Source of the DNA: an uncultured Rhodospirillaceae bacterium
GTDB taxonomy: Bacteria > Pseudomonadota > Alphaproteobacteria > Rhodospirillales > UBA2165
Length of the DNA: 64,000 bases
Reading direction: 5' to 3'
NCBI GenBank assembly: GCA_964643045.1
Contig: CAZXSC010000004.1
Location: 2,208 to 66,207, forward strand
The position numbers and the translations under genes were made by a program. The notes beneath the pieces were generated by a model, which was not told the origin of the DNA, searched no databases, and saw only the letters and a program-made list of their open reading frames with translations. Positions 60,157 to 64,000 of the stretch are shown one piece after another (position 1 is the stretch's first letter; the number at the start of each line of letters is the position of its first letter).

Positions 60157-61734
60157 TCAAAAATTCAGGGGTATTGCGCGAACAACGTGGGGAATTTCTC
60201 TAACTTTTTCAGCCACTACTTCGGAAACAGGTTCGTCAATTTCAATTAGGGCTATTGCATCACCACCTTCTTTATTCCTTCCAAGATTGAAAGTTGCAAT
60301 GTTAATATCATTTTTTCCCAAGGCGGTTCCTAGAGCTCCAATAAATCCTGGCTTGTCTTCATTCGTGATATAAAGCATATTTGGTCCTAATTCTGCATCG
60401 ATCGCAATGCCTTTGATTTCGACAATCCTCGGCTTGTTTCCAGCAAATAATGTCCCTGACAAGGCCCGTGTCTGAGTTTCGGTCGTAACTGTCAGTGTAA
60501 TTTTTGTTTGAAATTCATCCAACGCCTCACAAGTGACTTCGGCGATTTCAATGTTGCGCTCCTTAGCAATAGTTGGCGCAGAAACCATATTCACGGACTC
60601 TAAAAGCGGTGTTAACAACCCCTTTAAAACTGCCGCTGTTAGCGGTTTCGTGTTTAAATCAGCGGCATGACCGCAATATTCAATCTGCACCTTTTTAATA
60701 GCAGTTTCCGTCACTTGACCTGCAAAGCTTCCAATTTGCTCAGCCAATTTGAGATATGGTTCAAGTTTCGTTGCTTCTTCCGCGCTTACAGATGGCATAT
60801 TAATCGAGTTAACCACCGTACCTTCGAGGAGATAATCGGAAAGCTGCTCAGCAACTTGAACAGCGACATTAACCTGAGCCTCATCCGTGGATGCACCTAA
60901 ATGCGGTGTTACTATAACTCGCTCCAATCCGAAAAGAATGTTTTCTCTGGCGGGTTCAACTTCGAAAACGTCAATACCGGCGCCCGCTACTTTACCACTT
61001 TGGATGGCTGTTTTAAGATCTGATTCAACAATTAACCCGCCACGGGCACAATTTATAATTCGCACCCCATCCTTCATTTTCGAAATCGAATCAGAGTTTA
61101 CAATAGCTCTTGTAGCATCAGTCAAAGGTGTATGAAGTGAAATAAAATCAGCCCGCGCATATAATTCCTCAAGTTCAACTTTCTCAATACCGAGATCAAC
61201 GGCCCGCTCTCCGGATAAAAAGGGATCATACGCAACAACTTTCATTTTCAATCCCAAGGACCGTTCAGCGACTATTGCCCCAATATTTCCACATCCGATT
61301 ATTCCTAGCGTTTTTGCCGTCAATTCAACACCCATAAAATTTGATTTCTCCCATTTGCCTAAATGGGTTGAAGCGTTGGCGAGAGGAATATCGCGTGCTA
61401 ACGAAAATATCATTGCGATGGCATGTTCCGCCGTAGTTATTGAATTGCCAAACGGCGTATTCATAACCACAATTCCTTTAGTTGAAGCCATTGAAATATC
61501 TATATTGTCAACACCTATACCAGCACGACCGATCACTTTCATATTTGAAGCGGCTTGAATGACATCCGAATTTACCTGAGTAGAAGATCGAACAGCCATC
61601 CCATCATACTCGCTTATGCAGGTTATGAGTTCCTTTGGTGTCATACCAAGAATAACGTCCACTTCTATGCCCCGTTTTTCAAAAATACTCTTAGCGCGAG
61701 GACTCATCTTGTCGGCGATTAATACCTTTGGCAT
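60157..61734 (-). CDS. serA: D-3-phosphoglycerate dehydrogenase (long form with ASB and ACT domains)
   Basis: NAD motif GIIGCGNIGAIVA. Catalytic region NCARGG...TPHLGAST. The 525-aa length is consistent with a C-terminal ACT domain. Confidence 0.93.
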   Translation of the reverse strand: MPKVLIADKMSPRAKSIFEKRGIEVDVILGMTPKELITCISEYDGMAVRSSTQVNSDVIQAASNMKVIGRAGIGVDNIDISMASTKGIVVMNTPFGNSITTAEHAIAMIFSLARDIPLANASTHLGKWEKSNFMGVELTAKTLGIIGCGNIGAIVAERSLGLKMKVVAYDPFLSGERAVDLGIEKVELEELYARADFISLHTPLTDATRAIVNSDSISKMKDGVRIINCARGGLIVESDLKTAIQSGKVAGAGIDVFEVEPARENILFGLERVIVTPHLGASTDEAQVNVAVQVAEQLSDYLLEGTVVNSINMPSVSAEEATKLEPYLKLAEQIGSFAGQVTETAIKKVQIEYCGHAADLNTKPLTAAVLKGLLTPLLESVNMVSAPTIAKERNIEIAEVTCEALDEFQTKITLTVTTETQTRALSGTLFAGNKPRIVEIKGIAIDAELGPNMLYITNEDKPGFIGALGTALGKNDINIATFNLGRNKEGGDAIALIEIDEPVSEVVAEKVREIPHVVRAIPLNF

Positions 61735-61767
61735 TTGGTTGCTCCTAATAATACCTCAACGTAAATC

Positions 61768-62937
61768 CTATTTTGTGTATTCGCTGGCAACTTTAGCAAG
61801 CGCCCAGCCAATCCAAGGCATCAATGCCTTAACATCAGATGCTTCTACCGTCGCCCCAGCCCAAATACGTAATCCCGGCGGCGCATTTCGATAAGAGTCA
61901 ATATCATACGCAACTTCTTCCTTATCGAGCAGATCAGTAATACGCTTTGCGGCCCTTGTCTTTTCGGCAATGTCTAAACCTACGAACCAATTAGAAGTGA
62001 TTTTTAAGCATACAGATGTGCAGGACCGGGTTTCCGGAATCTGCGCCAGAAATTCAAGATCGGCCGAGCCTTCAACCCAACGGGCGATTTCACAAAAATT
62101 ATCCTCAGACCGCTGAATTAGAGTATTAAGGCCTCCAATATCAAGAGCCCAATTAAGACCATCTAGAGCATCTTCAATACAAAGCATGGAAGGAGTGTTA
62201 ATTGTTGATGCCTTGAATAAAGATTCATTTAATTTCCCTCCAGACGCCAAACGAAATATCTTTGGTAATGGCCATGAAGGAGTATAAGTTTCAAGACGTT
62301 GAACCGCACGCGGGCTTAAAATAAGCATTCCGTGCTGAGCTTCACCACCCATTACTTTTTGCCATGAATAGGTAGTGACATCGAGTTTATTCCATACCAA
62401 ATCCATAGCAAAAACTGCTGAGGTCGCGTCACAAAATGTTAAGCCTTCTCGATCAATAGGTATCCAATCCGCGTTTGGCACACGAACACCTGATGTAGTT
62501 CCATTCCAGGTAAATACGACGTCTCGTTTGAAATCAACGCCATTTAAATCAGGCAATTTACCATAATCGGCCTTAAGCTCTCTAACGTTATTAAGCTTAA
62601 GTTGATTGATCACATCATCAACCCATCCTTTACCAAAACTTTCCCATTGCAACATATCTATCGCACGTACCCCCAACATGGACCAGAATGCCATTTCTAC
62701 AGCACCTGTGTCTGAACCTGCTATAATACCAATCTTATAATCATGGGGAATTCCAAGCACCATGCGCGTTTTATCTAATAATTCTTGAATTCTAGCTTTA
62801 CCTAGCGTAGATCGATGAGATCGACCGATTAATGCATTGCTCAGAACTGCGGGTGTCCAGCCAGGACGTTTAGCGCAGGGTCCAGAAGAGAAGTTAGGAT
62901 TAGACGGACGAAAGTTCGGTTTCTCATTATCTGTCAT
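61768..62937 (-). CDS. serC: Phosphoserine aminotransferase
   Basis: [12 protein letters not shown], typical of the alphaproteobacterial SerC type. The start was moved to ATG 62937, which has AGGAG 8 nt upstream; the longer ORF to 63006 adds a non-conserved hydrophobic leader. Confidence 0.9.
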   Translation of the reverse strand: MTDNEKPNFRPSNPNFSSGPCAKRPGWTPAVLSNALIGRSHRSTLGKARIQELLDKTRMVLGIPHDYKIGIIAGSDTGAVEMAFWSMLGVRAIDMLQWESFGKGWVDDVINQLKLNNVRELKADYGKLPDLNGVDFKRDVVFTWNGTTSGVRVPNADWIPIDREGLTFCDATSAVFAMDLVWNKLDVTTYSWQKVMGGEAQHGMLILSPRAVQRLETYTPSWPLPKIFRLASGGKLNESLFKASTINTPSMLCIEDALDGLNWALDIGGLNTLIQRSEDNFCEIARWVEGSADLEFLAQIPETRSCTSVCLKITSNWFVGLDIAEKTRAAKRITDLLDKEEVAYDIDSYRNAPPGLRIWAGATVEASDVKALMPWIGWALAKVASEYTK

Positions 62938-63051
62938 CTGTGTTGCTCCTATCTTTACAGACAGGAAACTGTCAAAACAGCTTATAACTATTGCCGTCTT
63001 TAACAAATCCTATCTAAATACAGATAGGCTTATTACCCGTTGGGGGGTAAT
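62938..63051 (-). promoter_or_regulatory. Structured 5' leader of serC-serA (candidate serC-leader-type translational element)
   Basis: The minus-strand RNA has three hairpins: AUUACCC-CCCAAC-GGGUAAU (63032-63051), CCUAUCU-GUAUUU-AGAUAGG (63009-63028) and GACAG-UUUC-CUGUC (62960-62973). The SD region repeats AGAUAGG (62948-62954). Confidence 0.45.
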
Positions 63052-63212
63052 GGCCCGGCGCTGGTTTTATAGAGTTTCACATCAATGTCAATTAATTTCG
63101 GAGGAAAACAATGGTCCCCATATTATTTTTTGGTTAGTACTTAGGTGCACACGCTAAAACAATCATAGAAGACAACTTATTCTGGACTCAACGCACACGG
63201 TATTTTTTTAGC

Positions 63213-64000
63213 TTAGATAGCACTCTCTATTGCCTTGCCCAGATCTGACGTTTTTGCTGTACCACCCATATCAGGCGTCAAACACGATCTATCAGCCAGC
63301 ACATTCTCAATTGCAGATAAAATATCTCCAGCTGCGGATGTTTCGCCTAAGTGATCCAGCATCATTGCGCCCGACCAGATCTGCCCAACTGGATTAGCAA
63401 TTCCCTTACCAGCAATGTCAGGTGCAGATCCATGAACTGGCTCGAACATCGAGGGAAATTTTCTCTCAGGATTAATGTTGGCTGAAGGAGCTATTCCAAT
63501 CGTACCAGTCACGGCTGGTCCTAAATCAGACAGAATGTCGCCAAACAAATTTGAACCTACTACCACATCAAACCAATCCGGATTACGGACGAAGTGGGCA
63601 GTTAATATATCAATATGGAATTTATCGACACTAACATCCGGAAAAAGCTTATGCATCTCAGTAACTCGCTCGTCCCAATAAGGCATGGTGTGGATAATGC
63701 CATTTGATTTAGTAGCCGAAGTCAAATGTCTTTTAGGCCTTCTTTGGGCAAAATCAAAGGCGTAATTAAGAATTCGATCAACACCTTTGCGGGTAAAGTT
63801 TGAAAGTTGTGTAACATACTCATCGTCCGTGCCTGCATAAAGCTTTCCGCCAATCTCAGAATACTCCCCTTCAACATTTTCTCGAACAACGTAAAAGTCT
63901 ATATCACCCGGTTTGCGATCTTTTAGTGGACTTGGTACGCCTTCAAATAAACGAACCGGACGCAAATTTACATATTGTTGATACTCACGACGATAAGGGA
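63213..64000 (-). CDS. Isocitrate/isopropylmalate dehydrogenase family enzyme, tartrate dehydrogenase/decarboxylase-like (N-terminus outside window)
   Basis: LRPVRLFEGVPSPL, VVRENVEGEYS and HGSAPDIAGKGIANP. The frame stays open to base 64000 (...PYRREYQQYVNLRPV...), so the gene is truncated by the window edge. Confidence 0.75.
   Translation of the reverse strand, partial: PYRREYQQYVNLRPVRLFEGVPSPLKDRKPGDIDFYVVRENVEGEYSEIGGKLYAGTDDEYVTQLSNFTRKGVDRILNYAFDFAQRRPKRHLTSATKSNGIIHTMPYWDERVTEMHKLFPDVSVDKFHIDILTAHFVRNPDWFDVVVGSNLFGDILSDLGPAVTGTIGIAPSANINPERKFPSMFEPVHGSAPDIAGKGIANPVGQIWSGAMMLDHLGETSAAGDILSAIENVLADRSCLTPDMGGTAKTSDLGKAIESAI

Noticed and set aside
1-64000. Searched for mobile elements, prophage genes, CRISPR repeats, tRNA/rRNA genes and toxin-antitoxin pairs.
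   Set aside because: No integrase, transposase or recombinase-like ORF was seen. There are no regularly spaced direct repeats, no cloverleaf-like or rRNA-like segment in any spacer, and no small paired ORFs. The window reads as core chromosome.

Overview
This window looks like a densely packed core-chromosome segment of an alphaproteobacterium. That assignment is an inference from gene content and synteny: hdaA, a DUF2232 gene inside the rpsF-rpsR-rplI string, serC-serA, yfgM-bamB-der and lptFG-lptD-surA-pdxA-rsmA. By eye the DNA is moderately AT-rich. About 57 protein-coding genes fill almost the whole window, with many 1-11 nt overlaps.

Gene content by function:
- Purine biosynthesis: purM, purN, purF.
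- Fatty-acid synthesis: fabD-fabG-acpP-fabF.
- LPS transport and outer-membrane biogenesis: lptF, lptG, lptD, surA, bamB.
- Replication and repair: hdaA, holC, dnaB, radA, and a RadD-like helicase.
- Ribosomal proteins S6, S18 and L9.
- Serine biosynthesis: serC-serA.
- An RND efflux pair.

I found no rRNA, tRNA, CRISPR array, transposase, integrase or prophage signature, so most of the window is ordinary housekeeping DNA.

Items most worth a second look:
1. A complete AmmeMemoRadiSam system of still-unknown function: a radical-SAM gene divergent from a Memo-AMMECR1 fusion gene.
2. The purM 5' end, where the conserved N-terminus is encoded upstream of any canonical start codon. The alternatives are an ATT start or a shift at an A7 run.
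3. A structured serC-serA leader in which a CCUAUCU segment can pair either with a nearby AGAUAGG or with an identical AGAUAGG inside the Shine-Dalgarno sequence.
4. A stand-alone SF2 (RadD-like) helicase with a Zn-ribbon and an unassigned ~180-aa tail.
5. An orphan MoxR/VWA (CoxD/CoxE-like) pair.

All family assignments come from motif recognition and recalled synteny. No database search was possible.
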